64,000 nucleotides of DNA from an uncultured Acidobacteriota bacterium (GTDB lineage Bacteria; Acidobacteriota; Thermoanaerobaculia; Multivoradales; UBA5704): the NCBI GenBank assembly GCA_963770895.1, contig CAVYRF010000002.1:160001-224000 (forward strand). The letters are read 5' to 3'. Below the pieces are notes generated by a model. That model saw only the letters and a list, made by a program, of their open reading frames with translations, was not told the origin of the DNA and ran no database searches. The position numbers and the translations under genes were made by a program. Shown here in pieces: positions 10,601 to 20,063 of this stretch. Every line of letters starts with the position of its first letter. The stretch's first letter is position 1.

Positions 10601-11804
10601 ACGTCGTCGCCGTCCCCACCACCGGCGGATTCGGGCCTCCCGCGCCGCCCAGGAACACGTAGCGCACCTCCTGCTCCATGTACGGCTTCACCGGCGCGCC
10701 GCCGGCGTCCGTCGGCACGTACACCCGGTACGTGTTCGGCGTCGGCGAATTGTTGGCCGGCGGCGTCGCCGTGCCGTTGGTCGCCAGGTAGATGTTGGCG
10801 TAGTTGCCGTTGATGCCGGCATCGTTGGTGTAATTGCCGATCGTCGCCTTCATCGACCAGATCCCGTAGTCGACCGAATCGGTGTCCGACGTATACCCCG
10901 TCACGTTGTTGGTGTTCCAGACGTCGTTCTCGGACAGCCCGGTGTTGGCGATGTTCTTGGTGAAACTGCCGAGGCGGCTGGTGAAGTCGATCGTCCCCAC
11001 TGCCTGGTTGGCGTTGCCGTTGTCCAGGTCGTAATCGAAGTCATTTTCCTCAAAGGTGCAGCCCGACGTGATGTACGGATAGAACTGGTACGTCTTGGTG
11101 CCGCTCCCCGTCGTCGGCGGGTTCTGCCCGATCTGGTTCTGCGCCTGGTAATACACCGGCAGCTCCGTGGCATCCGTCTGGCTGCCATCGTCAGCCTGGA
11201 TCCCGAACGCGTTGATATCCGAGTCGGCCGTCGTATCCACGGCCGTGCTCTGGTCCACGTCCAGCTCCCAATGCCCATTTGCGATCGGCGTCGTCGTCGT
11301 ATCCAAAATGCTCGACCAGGCGTTGTCCACGCAGAACGCCGTGGTCGTATGGGCGCAAGTCTGCGTCGCCACCGTCGTCCCGGCCGGATTGATCAATGTG
11401 TATTTAACACTGGAATTGAAAGCCGCATTGCGCGTCCGATCCCGCTGCGCCGTCGCCTCCCCCGTCCCCCCCGCCCCAAAGTCCGCATCAAAGATCTGGA
11501 TCCGCAACCGCGTAAGCCCCGAAGGCACCTCGATGTAGTACCGATAGATCGTGTCGAGCGGCGTCACACTGCAAGGCCCCGTGCACCCCGTACTGGCCAC
11601 GCTGGAGCTGACGTAGTCCCCATCCTGAGACTCCGCCCCCGTAGCCTGAGGCATGAACAGCGAAGCCGTCCCCGTGCTGGCCGCCTTCGCCGGCACCCCA
11701 CCCACCCACCCCAGCCCCAGCAACGACCCCACCGCCACCACCCGCAGCCCCACCCGCCATCCACGCTCAACCCGACCCAAAATCCATCCACTGACGGCAC
11801 TCAT
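7602..11804 (-). CDS. Large secreted C25 (gingipain) family cysteine peptidase with N-terminal beta-rich/DUF11-like domains
   Basis: Signal peptide; DYLIL, YVVFAGD, PDFAVGRLPV, YFGHA, LTCNV, YTLLGDP. Confidence 0.88.
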   Translation of the reverse strand: MSAVSGWILGRVERGWRVGLRVVAVGSLLGLGWVGGVPAKAASTGTASLFMPQATGAESQDGDYVSSSVASTGCTGPCSVTPLDTIYRYYIEVPSGLTRLRIQIFDADFGAGGTGEATAQRDRTRNAAFNSSVKYTLINPAGTTVATQTCAHTTTAFCVDNAWSSILDTTTTPIANGHWELDVDQSTAVDTTADSDINAFGIQADDGSQTDATELPVYYQAQNQIGQNPPTTGSGTKTYQFYPYITSGCTFEENDFDYDLDNGNANQAVGTIDFTSRLGSFTKNIANTGLSENDVWNTNNVTGYTSDTDSVDYGIWSMKATIGNYTNDAGINGNYANIYLATNGTATPPANNSPTPNTYRVYVPTDAGGAPVKPYMEQEVRYVFLGGAGGPNPPVVGTATTFQVTVQVVNPTAHAITFSGTDLVTVNVPGGGAVYGGSAGVTQGTITAQPATGGTGNITWNPATVAAGTTALLNYLVKVTPTTTGQRITVVGTVASGNGTRGTWVDETGNTAQLRATLTFGPLCELAATQGVLSAAEVADLRAVAADHGGVLVSWQTASEMASAGFDLYRREEATGTWHKVNRSLVGAVAGAPQGGNYRVLDESAPPSGVVHYLVVETEINGGQRHYPFAVAIEPPGTAPASLAASDPSTSTSDRQARRDPAWAGRLAAAATEAGAAALPAQATTQAALAPATGAAATAASPIRLKISVTQNGLYRIAPAMLAPLYGSAGLPANLGSKQGKYTLTNQGQPVAWTQDTDGSVLFYGQAIQSIYTVNNVYWLVRGNGATMGSVTTAAPIGTGSSTESFSNTVSTRVASFAATAVPADPESDYWYWDDLIAGDPVDGSKSYTVAAPNVNAGGGQQLTVHLAGATASPQEVAVSLNGVALGTTSWSGTTAQTATFAASGLNANGSNTVTLSAQLGQGASSSIVYLQSFDVAYERAFAATGDMLAFNGSGNSLVTVGGFSGPAIHLLDLTNPAQPAVVSGAKVTATQSGAQLTLVPSSATTPYLAVGPTGVMVPASVQAGVSTGLAEQSGGADYLILTTTDLAQGAAALAALRAQQGLRTAIVNVGAVMDEFNAGLYNPHAIQSFLAYVRARWNPVPRYVVFAGDGSFDYRNFLNLGGELVPPLMVETDEGLFASDNHMVDVDGDGIPDFAVGRLPVLSNSELQAYVSKLAAFEAAPSGSWIDQALMLADSPGPDDGVTNYVADSTAIAGGLPAGYAPQQIAVTPDTVAGARSALFSGLASGAGLVNYFGHAGLDRLSPLGLLTSADAVTLTNGPRVPMMAALTCNVNRFDVPGYSPLGALLANQPGGGVVGIWSSSGVSLHPQGVELSRLFYLQLAQPASLRLGDVMRQALIQYANEPGLLDTVNLYTLLGDPAIGVKSLVPPAGTSTSSNHRE

Positions 11805-12080
11805 CGCACATCTCCTCCTCAGAACCTTAAGAGGCTTTCCCGCAGCAGTTTACCACACGCACCCATCCCACCCCCTGCCGCCCTTCCCCCTGTTTCCCCC
11901 GCCACCCAGCGCCCCATGGCACCAGCCGCCGCGCCCGCCTGCCCCCCACTGCCCCCGTCGGAGTCCCTGCGGCGCCCACTCCCCCACCCCCATCCCTCCA
12001 AAGACCGCCAGCCCGAGGTCCATCTACACCAGTACGCACACCACAACCTCCACATTGGACCCGCAACCCACCAGCCTTAC

Positions 12081-12109
12081 TTGACCCGCTATCAACCTGG
12101 TCCTACCAT
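12081..12109 (+). promoter_or_regulatory. Sigma70-type promoter of tRNA-Arg
   Basis: TTGACC-17 bp-TACCAT ending 12 bp upstream of the tRNA. Confidence 0.7.
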
Positions 12110-12121
12110 GGCTCTCCCTGC

Positions 12122-12198
12122 GCGGCTGTAGCTCAGGTGGAAAGAGCAGGAGTTTCCTAAACTCTTGGTCGGGGGTTCGAGTCCTCCCAGCCGCACCA
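12122..12198 (+). tRNA. tRNA-Arg (anticodon CCT)
   Basis: Cloverleaf: acceptor GCGGCTG/CAGCCGC, D arm GCTC/GAGC, anticodon loop TTCCTAA, T loop TTCGAGT, encoded CCA. Confidence 0.97.
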
Positions 12199-12244
12199 TT
12201 AAAATCAATGGGTTAGGGATAGAGCCGGCTCCCGGTCCTATCCA

Positions 12245-12265
12245 AAAGTCAGCAGAAAGTCAGCA
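12245..12265 (+). repeat. Tandem direct repeat AAAGTCAGCA x2 just downstream of tRNA (possible integrase arm-type sites)
   Basis: aaagtcagca-g-aaagtcagca seen in sequence; function inferred from position. Confidence 0.45.
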
Positions 12266-12310
12266 ATCCGCGGAATGTCGGCCGCGCTCGCAAGATCACC
12301 CAGCTCTGCC

Positions 12311-12613
12311 ATGAACGCCAAAGTGCCAATCGATCTGGTCGCCATCAGCGATCTCTGCCGACGTTGGAGGGTCACGGAGCTCTCCCTCTTCGGGTCGGTG
12401 CTGCGCGACGACTTTCGGCCCGACAGCGACATCGACGTCCTGGTGACTTTCGCCGCAGACGCGCCGTGGAGTCTTCTCGACCTCGTGACCATGCGGGAGC
12501 ACCTGCGGCAAATCCTCGGCCGCGAGGTCCATCTCATCGAGCAGGAGGGCTTGCGCAACCCATTCCGGCGGCAGGCGATCCTGAGCCACAGAGAGGTGAT
12601 CTTTGCCGCTTGA
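12311..12613 (+). CDS. MNT nucleotidyltransferase antitoxin (MntA-like)
   Basis: FGSVLRDDFRPDSDIDVLV motif; overlaps downstream HEPN gene. Confidence 0.9.
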   Translation: MNAKVPIDLVAISDLCRRWRVTELSLFGSVLRDDFRPDSDIDVLVTFAADAPWSLLDLVTMREHLRQILGREVHLIEQEGLRNPFRRQAILSHREVIFAA

Positions 12614-12965
12614 GGACCGGGACCCGGCATACCTCTGGGACATGCTGGAAGCAGCTCAGACGCTCCACGAGCTGATCGCAGGCTTCTCCGTTGCCGCCTA
12701 CGTAGCCGACCGGAAAACGCAGCTCGCGGTCGAGCGGGCGATCGAAATCCTCGGCGAAGCTGCGCGTCGGGTCTCGCCAACCGTTCAGCAGGCACATCCC
12801 TAGATCCCGTGGGCAGGCATCATTGCCCAGCGGAACGTCATCGCCCACGAATATGGAGAGATCAAGCAGGAGCGGTTGTGGGTGGTGGCAACGGTGCACA
12901 TCGAAGACCTGATCCCGAAACTACGGTTGCTCGTGCCTCCAGTGCCGCCAGAAGGGATTGCCTGA
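12603..12965 (+). pseudogene. HEPN/DUF86 (HepT-like) RNase toxin interrupted by in-frame TAG at 12801-12803
   Basis: AVERAIEILGEAARR...HP*IPWAGIIAQRNVIAHEYG; RX4HXY motif lies after the stop; frame ends at TGA 12965. Confidence 0.85.
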
Positions 12966-13147
12966 TCCGAGGCGCCGCGCTGGCCGCGGGCAGTTCCGGC
13001 GGTGTCGCTGTGGGGTCGAGGCAGCCAACAGTTGCGGCGGGCGACCTGGCGCTGCCGCCGATTAGGCGCCTGTCGGGGCATGTGCCTATGACGACCTCGC
13101 CGGCTGGCCGCCTCAGTGGCCACCGCCGACCACATCTATCCAGCGCT

Positions 13148-13588
13148 TTAAGATGCCGAGGGCATCGGCTTGACCAGGGCGCTGTCCTGCGCACGGTTGC
13201 CGGCGCCGATCACGATCGAGCCTTGTGGCAAGGTGTACTCCCCCACCCGCCGCTCGTGCACCAGGCTATAAAACGCCTTTTGCACCTCGTACGAGCAGGC
13301 ATTCAGTTCATCTAGGAACAAACAATAGGGCTCCCTCCGGGCGATGGTCGCCGGCGGATAGAAGCGGCTTACTCCACCCTCGATCTTGGGCACCCCTATC
13401 AAATCCTCGGGCGCCAGCTGGCTTCCCAGGAGCGACACACAAGGGAGCCCCAGGCGCTCCGAGAACTGCGCCACCAGGCTCGACTTGCCGATTCCGGGCT
13501 GCCCCCAGATGAACACCGGACGCCGCATCGCCATATTGAGCAGGAAGTCGGCGAGCTGGGACTGACTAAGCGTGCGGACCGGGTTCAT
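13148..13588 (-). pseudogene. Truncated MoxR-like AAA+ ATPase
   Basis: Walker A WGQPGIGKS, Walker B LFLDELN, GAGNR; ends at PMPSAS* before the arginine finger and C-terminal domain. Confidence 0.75.
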
Positions 13589-13741
13589 GGAGATCGACGC
13601 CGCGGGAGCCCGGCCTCGGAGGGCAGCCTGTCCCCTCGCGACCCGGAAGGGACCTGGCGCGCCGCGGCAGCCGGGCGCCGGATCAGGTGGTCGAATCGTT
13701 CAGCTGACAGAAAGCGACGAGCCACACGCTAGGGTTTGAAC

Positions 13742-13894
13742 TCAGTTCTCTTCGATGCCAGTTGGGTTTGGCTGGTAGAAGTCAGTCGGTTTGGGCGCGG
13801 GCGAGGCGCCAGCACCGCCTGTCACCATGGCGAGATCTCCTTCGGAAGTGCGCTTCGGCGGCTTGAACGCGGCGGCAGGATTTACCTTTTTCAT
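13742..13894 (-). CDS. 50-aa putative double-glycine leader peptide (RiPP/bacteriocin-like precursor)
   Basis: GGGAG RBS; MKKVNPAAAFKPPKRTSEGDLAMVTGG-AGASPAPKPTDFYQPNPTGIEEN. Confidence 0.6.
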   Translation of the reverse strand: MKKVNPAAAFKPPKRTSEGDLAMVTGGAGASPAPKPTDFYQPNPTGIEEN

Positions 13895-14597
13895 TGCCGA
13901 CTCCCTTCGTTGTCGTTTTTGTAAGTCTATCAAACGCCCGCTTCGCCAGCCAGAGGAAGACACGGGGATTGGGCCGCCCGGGCCGCTCATTTTGCGCCTA
14001 CTCATTACGCGCCACGGTCCAACGGATCGCCGCTGCCCGCGGGAGCAGCGCCCTGGCAAACGTCGCGTTTGCTGCAAGAGCGCTCAGTGCAAACCTGCAG
14101 AGCTCCTCGCTGGGCTCGGCGCTGCAGCCGATCCGCCGCGACTGCCAAGCGCTGGAGGACGCAGTGAGGCGCGCGGAGGCCGAAATCACTGGCCAGGTCT
14201 GGCTCAACAATCGGCAGGAGTGGCTACAGACCAACGACGTCGTGATCAGCCGAATCATCGACCGGCTGGCCGAGATCCGCTGAGCGGCGCGTCTGAGCCA
14301 TGGTTTGCTCCCCCAGCGGCGCGCAAGCATGGAGCGCGGATCGGAATCGGCGATCGTGCGGCCGGCTGCCTTTCCTCGGAACGCCTTCTCCTTGCCAGTC
14401 GCGGCCTGGCGCCGGGGTCTGGGAATAGTGAGCGATTGCGCACCGACTTCAATTTTCGATGCATCGAAAATTTCACAGCCAGCGGAATGGCGGCGTGCGG
14501 CGTGGCGCCGAGAGGAAAGTGCGGCCTCAGCCCACGCAGGCCGTGTAGCGTGTAGAGAGGCGCTGGACATGTGGGCTGGTTGTGTTGCACCGCATCT

Positions 14598-14890
14598 GAG
14601 GAGCTGGCCGCGGGCGCCGACGCCGCCGGCCTGGCGCGCGAGGCGCGCGCGGGCGACCGGGCCGCGGCGGCGCTGGACCGCCGGGCGCTGCTGGCCGATC
14701 CGGCGCGCGAGACGGCCCGGCTGCAGGGCGAGCTGGCCGCGGCCGACGCCGAGTTAAGGCGGCTCAGCGCGGAGCTGGCAGCGCTGACCGTGCGGGCACC
14801 GTGCGCCGGCCGGTTGGGCGCGCCGCCGCCGCTGCTGCCGGGTGCGGCCGTCCGCCGCGGCGATGCGCTGGCTGTGTTGGCACCGCAGGC
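14598..14890 (+). pseudogene. HlyD/membrane-fusion-protein-like fragment
   Basis: Coiled coil followed by LTVRAPCAGRL...PGAAVRRGDALAVL lipoyl-like half motif; no proper start. Confidence 0.5.
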
Positions 14891-15133
14891 GGAGCAGCAC
14901 GTCGATGCCGCCCGGTCTGCGATCGAGCACCCCACACCTCCCGCCTTGAGGCTCGACCGGCGCGGTAGGATTGGCGCAACCGCGGCCAGCTGGCGGTCGG
15001 TGGGCTGGGTCGATGCATCAAGCCACGGTCTTCGCTAACCCCCGCCCAATCCCGGCAGCCGGTGTCACGCCGGGCCGGTTCCGCGCCTATCTCCTCAGAC
15101 GGGGCGAATGAACGCCCTGCAAAGGAGACCGAG

Positions 15134-15307
15134 ATGATGCGCAAGTTGAGCTGGCTGGCACTCGCCGTGGCGCTCGCGGCACCGGTGGGAGCTGCATGGG
15201 CTGGGGATGGCAACGCTGGAAACGGCGTCAAGGCCGACAGCGCGCCCTGCTGCTGCTGCCCGAAGCCTTGTCCCAAGCCCTGTCCGCCGGACCACTGTCC
15301 GAGATAG
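15134..15307 (+). CDS. 57-aa secreted Cys/Pro-rich peptide
   Basis: AAGGAG RBS; signal peptide ending AWA; C-terminus CCCCPKPCPKPCPPDHCPR. Confidence 0.7.
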   Translation: MMRKLSWLALAVALAAPVGAAWAGDGNAGNGVKADSAPCCCCPKPCPKPCPPDHCPR

Positions 15308-15328
15308 CACGCGAGCGGGTCGTACCGG

Positions 15329-15865
15329 ATGGAGCGCATCGAGCGGGAATCGCTGCAGCGTCAGATCGTCCAGCTGGCGGACGGGGATCGCGAGGCGTTC
15401 CATCCGGTCTTCGTCCGTCTGTGGCCGCTGCTGCGCGGCTTCGCCGCCCGTTGCCTGCCGCACGAGGATGCCGAAGATGCGGCGCAGGAGGCGCTGCTGC
15501 GCATCTTCGCGCGCGCCGCCGAGTTCGACCGCCGACGCGACGCGCTGCCCTGGGTCCTCGGTATCGCCGCCTACGAGATCCGCAGCGCGCGCCGGAGGCG
15601 CTGGCGCCGGCGGGAGAGTCCCGCCGACGCGTCCGGCGAAAGGCCCGACTGCGGACGATCGCCGGAAGACGCGGCAATGGCGAGCGAGCTCGAGCGGACG
15701 CTCGCCGCCGCGATCGCGGTCCTTCCTCCCGGCGATACCGAGACCCTGCTGGCCTACGCTCGCGGCGAGCGCCCCGATCTTCCCGCTCCCACTTTCCGCA
15801 AGCGCGTCGAGCGCGCGCTGGCCCGCCTGCGCGTCGCCTGGAGGCTGCACCATGATCGTCGATGA
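15329..15865 (+). CDS. ECF sigma-70 factor
   Basis: GDREAF, DAEDAAQEALLRIF, WVLGIA region 2; short, divergent region 4 (TFRKRVERALARLR). Confidence 0.85.
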   Translation: MERIERESLQRQIVQLADGDREAFHPVFVRLWPLLRGFAARCLPHEDAEDAAQEALLRIFARAAEFDRRRDALPWVLGIAAYEIRSARRRRWRRRESPADASGERPDCGRSPEDAAMASELERTLAAAIAVLPPGDTETLLAYARGERPDLPAPTFRKRVERALARLRVAWRLHHDRR

Positions 15866-16385
15866 AGCGGATCTCGCCGCACGCGCCCGCCGGGCCTACG
15901 AGCGCGGGCGCCTGGGCTGGTCGGTCCGGCGCGCCCTGACGGCGGTCGCCATCACCGGCGTGAGCCTGGTGTCCTGCCGAGAGCCCGGCGGCCCGGTGGC
16001 CTGTGCCGCGGCGCTTGGCATCCTCCTCACCTTTTGCCTGTGGCGCGGCGGCGCCTGGGCGCGCGGCGCCCGGCTCGGCTTCCTGGCCGGCTTGGCGCCA
16101 TGCTTGTTCCCTGCCGCGGTCCGTGCCGTCCATGCCTGCACGGATCGCGTTTGCCTTGGCCCGTCGGCCGTCTGTCTCCTACCGAGCGTAGCGGCTGGAC
16201 TCCTCCTGGCGTGGCTCGGCCTGCGCGCTCGCGGCGACAGCCGCTTCTGGCTCGCCGCAGCGACCGTCATGATCCTGGCCGGCGCGATCGGCTGTCTGTT
16301 TGCCGGTCTCGCCGGCCTCGCCGCCATGTCGATCGGCATCCTCGCCGGCGCCACCGCACCGATGCTCTTCGTCCGCGCTGCGTGA
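15852..16385 (+). CDS. Multi-TM Cys-containing membrane protein, putative anti-sigma factor
   Basis: Overlaps sigma gene 3' end; about 6 hydrophobic segments; HACTDRVCLGPSAVC. Confidence 0.65.
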   Translation: MIVDEADLAARARRAYERGRLGWSVRRALTAVAITGVSLVSCREPGGPVACAAALGILLTFCLWRGGAWARGARLGFLAGLAPCLFPAAVRAVHACTDRVCLGPSAVCLLPSVAAGLLLAWLGLRARGDSRFWLAAATVMILAGAIGCLFAGLAGLAAMSIGILAGATAPMLFVRAA

Positions 16386-16544
16386 GAGCAGGGACCGCTC
16401 GGCGGAAATCAGCCGCCAGAGCCTCTCCAAAGGGACCGCGGGGCGCAACCCAGTCCGGCGGTGAGCGGGTGTGCGCGGCGCACCAGCCGAGGATTGCTCA
16501 CAATTCAAGCCCTCCCCGACCGACCGCTTTGCACTGGCCGGGCG

Positions 16545-17186
16545 ATGATCAATCGGATCATCAAGGGCCGCAGCTTCCGCGGCTTGCTGGACTGGCTGGC
16601 GAGCCGGCCGGGGGCGGAGATCGTGGGCGGCAACATGGAGGGCGCCAATCCGCGCGAGCTGGCGCGGGAGTTCGGCTTCGTGCGCCAGCTGCGGCCGCAG
16701 CTGGGGCGCGCGGTGTTGCACCTGCCGCTGCGGCTGCCGGCGGAAGAGGCGCTGACGCGCGAGGAGTGGTGCGCGGTGGCCGAGCGGGTGCTGGCCGGGC
16801 TGGGGTTTGCGGACACTCCGTAAACGCTGTTCCGCCACCTGCACCCCGGCGGCCATCATGTGCACCTGGTGGCGTCGCGTGTGACCTACACCGGCCATGT
16901 GGTGAACGAATCCAACGACTACTGCCGGGCGATGGCGATCCTGCGGCGCATCGAGGTCGAGTACGGGTTGCGCAGGGTGCCGTGCCCGACGTGGCGGGCG
17001 CGGGCGGCGCCGGCGCGGGAACGGCACGCCGTGGCGCGCAGCGCGCGGCCTTCGATGCGGGCGGCGTTGCAGAGCGTGGTCGGGGCGGCGGCCCGCGACT
17101 CCGGCACGATCGCGGAGTTCCTGGCCGAGCCAGGCCAGGCGAGCGCGACCGGCAGTGCTGGTGGGCGGTACGAGTTGTGTTGGTGA
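16545..17186 (+). pseudogene. MOBP-type relaxase N-terminal remnant with internal TAA
   Basis: MINRIIKGRSFRGLLDW, VLHLPL, LGF..P*TLFRH....HHVHLVASRV (HUH motif); stop at 16821-16823. Confidence 0.8.
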
Positions 17187-17586
17187 TGGAGATCCCGGGC
17201 GGCCGGAACGGGCGGCGCCGGATGCTGACCGGCGCCGCGTCGACGAGGAGAGATGATAACGCTGGAGAGGAGGCGGGCCGACAGTGAGATTGTTACCGAG
17301 GGCCGGGACGCACGAGCCCGTCGCCGGGGCCGCGCCGGCAGCGGCTGTGGCGCCGGCGGTCGTGCACGCACCGCTTGACTGCATTCCCGCCATCTTGCAG
17401 CGCGGCGAACAACTTCGGCCGCGGCTTCGGCCACCTTCTCCGGCGGGACGTACGAGGTGCGCGACTCTTTGCTGGAGCTGCGCGTCCGCACGCCGCGGGC
17501 CGGCCTCCTCAGCTCCCGATCACCCCGGCGCGCGCGTAAGCCACCTGGCCGCGACCGCGGGCGGTGGACGGCGGCGCCGTCCCTGG

Positions 17587-18640
17587 CTATTTGACCCCGA
17601 CCCGCTGCGCCACGACCTCCAGGGCGAGGGTCTCCGTCGTGCCATTGTTGAAGGTGAAGACCAGGTGCCGAGTCTTCTGCTCGCTGGTCACCCCTTCCTG
17701 TCGGAGGTTGTTGAGCAGGACCGCGTCCTTGCCCGCGACCACAGGGCTCGACAGCTTGGTGCCATCCATCGTAACTGAGTCCAGGTTCGCGACCTTCTCG
17801 ACCGGCACCACCATTAGGTCGGTATTCTGAACGACCGGCGAATCCAACCCGATCTTGGGCAGCGCCGGCTTGGCCTGTGGGGTGGGCGGCGGCAGATCGA
17901 GGAGGATCGGACGTTGCGGGACCTTGTTCGCATCCAGCTTCTGCAGGACGAGCTTTTTATGAGTCGCGAGGAACGCCTTCGGCACCTCCAAGAGGACCAT
18001 CCGGTCCCCCGGCACGCCGTCCAGCGGCTGCAACCGGACCGTGGTATCCCCAACCACCTTCGCATGGGCCAACCCGTTGCCGACCAGCAGGTAGCTTGCG
18101 GTCCCCTTCTTGTCCACCGCGAGAAGCGTGACCTGCTCCACCGCCGCGTCGAGGGCAAAATCGGGCAGCGCATACTCGTCGCTCAAGCAAGGCTCGCCTT
18201 CGGGCCGCATCTCGCCGGGTCCGGAGGTCCTGACCGCAAAGAGCTCAAAGGCGCGGACCTTGCGGCTGGCAACGAGAAGCGCCGTGGGCACGATCGCCGA
18301 CATGCGGCTGTCGTGGTCGTTGCGGTCGATGACGGCGGCCGTATCGTTGAGGCCGAATATCTTATGGCCGATATCGAGCAACACCGGAGCGAGCGTATCG
18401 GGAGAGTCCTTTTCGAACTCAACTTCAACCTTAGAGCTGACGGCATCGACGGGGTCACTGTCACCTGCGCGATAGCGATCGTCTCGTCGCACTCCGCAGG
18501 GGTTTCATCCGGCGCCGTCGGCGCCTGTGGCGGCGACGGCGCACTGGGCGAAGTCGACGCCGCTGCCGGCGGCGGCTGTGCGCAGGAGATCTGGTCGATC
18601 TTCGGCACGTCCGGCTGTGCCAGCGGCTTCAGGATGTCGC
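17587..18640 (-). pseudogene. Hypothetical protein fragment, probable frameshift near 18452
   Basis: ORFs 18183..18752 and 17587..18492 join as AQVTVTP-VDAVSSKVEVEF if one base is added in the C run; no clear N-terminus. Confidence 0.45.
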
Positions 18641-19109
18641 TGGTTCGCCGCCGCCGCCGGCATGGCTGGCGTGAGCGAGCGGTGCGCGCAGTAAGCGAGC
18701 GGCAGAAGACCACGCCCCCGAGTTCGCGGAGCGGAGATTGATAGCGTACCACCGAGGAACTCCGAACACGATACCGCTAGACAGGTTGTCGCTTGAGACG
18801 AGACGCCGCTTGCTCGCCGAGCCAGAAGCGATCAAGCGCGGTAACTTGGCAGCTCCCTGATCAGCGCTTACATTGCTCCAGGCTCATAGACCTATCGCCA
18901 CGCGTCTATTGCTGGTGGCCTGGCGGATTGCTACGCTATCTTCGCCCTATCTGCCTGGTCCGTGCTGCTCTCGAAAGGGTTGGTGGATCGTAAATAGCAC
19001 TGCGGGGCCTGGGGTCGTCCCCCTGTAAGCTAACATTCACGAAAACAAAGCACTATTCTCATCGTAGTCCAGGAGCCGCTCGGATGCTGCGGTTGCAAAG
19101 GAGAACGAA

Positions 19110-20063
19110 ATGAGAACAAAGCTTGTGGCGTTCGTCCTGATTCTCTTAGGAGCTATCGCTTGCTCTAACCAGCTTACCAGACCCAAGGCAGAACAGCTTA
19201 TCAATGATCGTCCGGACTTCGCATCGACCTCCAAAATTGCTCTCACTGAGAGCGGCATCAAGCGGGACGGCTTGGATGCCGGTGCTCTGGAGGGTTTGTG
19301 GATATTGAAAAGTGGGCGGCGCCAGCTAACGGAGAAAGGCGGGCAGTTCTTCGCCGACACGACAGGGGCGCTCGTGCACCCGGCCACACGCCGAGTAGTC
19401 GAGGTCACCGGAATAGCTGATGTCCCGGGAGCGCAGAACTTGAAGGAGGTCGACTTTACGTGGAAATATAAGGATCTTCCGGATGTTGTTGAGCGCTATA
19501 CAGGTCAGAGTGCAACTCCAGATACAGGTGAAGCAGTAATGCAGCTGTTTGATGACGGTTGGCGTGTGCAACAGTTGAACTTCCAGGAATCATCAAGAGC
19601 CCCATTTCAATGGACAGATTCCCTCATGAAGCAACTGGAAGCCGAGAAGCTCTCTCGGCGGCCGACCAAGACGCTCGCCAGCCATCGCTTAGGTTGGGCA
19701 GAGTTCGTAATGGGTTCGGGTAGAGTCACTTTTATCGATCTGACAGATGCCACCGTGAAAGTACGCCTCCTCGATCTTCGATCAGGTTTCGATCAGTGGT
19801 ATCGCGACGGCAACGGCCCGCGTGGAATATTCGCAGTGAATTCTGATACGCAGATAGGACTATATGACCTTGCGGATGTGACAGATTGCAGCATAAACCC
19901 TACATCGATCGGTGCTCCGGCCTACAGCGTCACCCTGGAAACCACGAAGGAAACATTAACTATGCAGCACAATGCCGGAGAGAACCAGGGGGCTGTGGTT
20001 AAGGCCGTTTGCGATGATGTGCTGCGCGCCCGAGATGCCTGGCGCGCGAAGTGGCGGCATTAA
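19110..20063 (+). CDS. Hypothetical lipoprotein (lower GC than flanks)
   Basis: AAGGAG RBS; lipobox LGAIAC; 317-aa open frame with atypical codon usage. Confidence 0.75.
   Translation: MRTKLVAFVLILLGAIACSNQLTRPKAEQLINDRPDFASTSKIALTESGIKRDGLDAGALEGLWILKSGRRQLTEKGGQFFADTTGALVHPATRRVVEVTGIADVPGAQNLKEVDFTWKYKDLPDVVERYTGQSATPDTGEAVMQLFDDGWRVQQLNFQESSRAPFQWTDSLMKQLEAEKLSRRPTKTLASHRLGWAEFVMGSGRVTFIDLTDATVKVRLLDLRSGFDQWYRDGNGPRGIFAVNSDTQIGLYDLADVTDCSINPTSIGAPAYSVTLETTKETLTMQHNAGENQGAVVKAVCDDVLRARDAWRAKWRH

Noticed and set aside
11640-12070. Strongly C-skewed low-complexity stretch upstream of the tRNA
   Set aside because: No periodic repeat or credible ORF or RNA structure; it partly encodes the Gly/Val-rich C25 signal region.
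7611-12131. 1506-aa plus-strand ORF and similar long antisense ORFs (e.g. 45862..48591, 56725..59457, 27603..29624)
   Set aside because: Shadow frames of real high-GC genes on the opposite strand; Arg/Gly-rich with no recognisable motifs.
13894-14283. 129-aa ORF with helical C-terminus
   Set aside because: No RBS, credible start or recognisable motif; may be a gene fragment but cannot be supported.
12801-16823. In-frame stops in HEPN (TAG) and relaxase (TAA) as evidence of stop-codon reassignment
   Set aside because: Different codons are involved, and TAG and TAA terminate many normal genes in the window.
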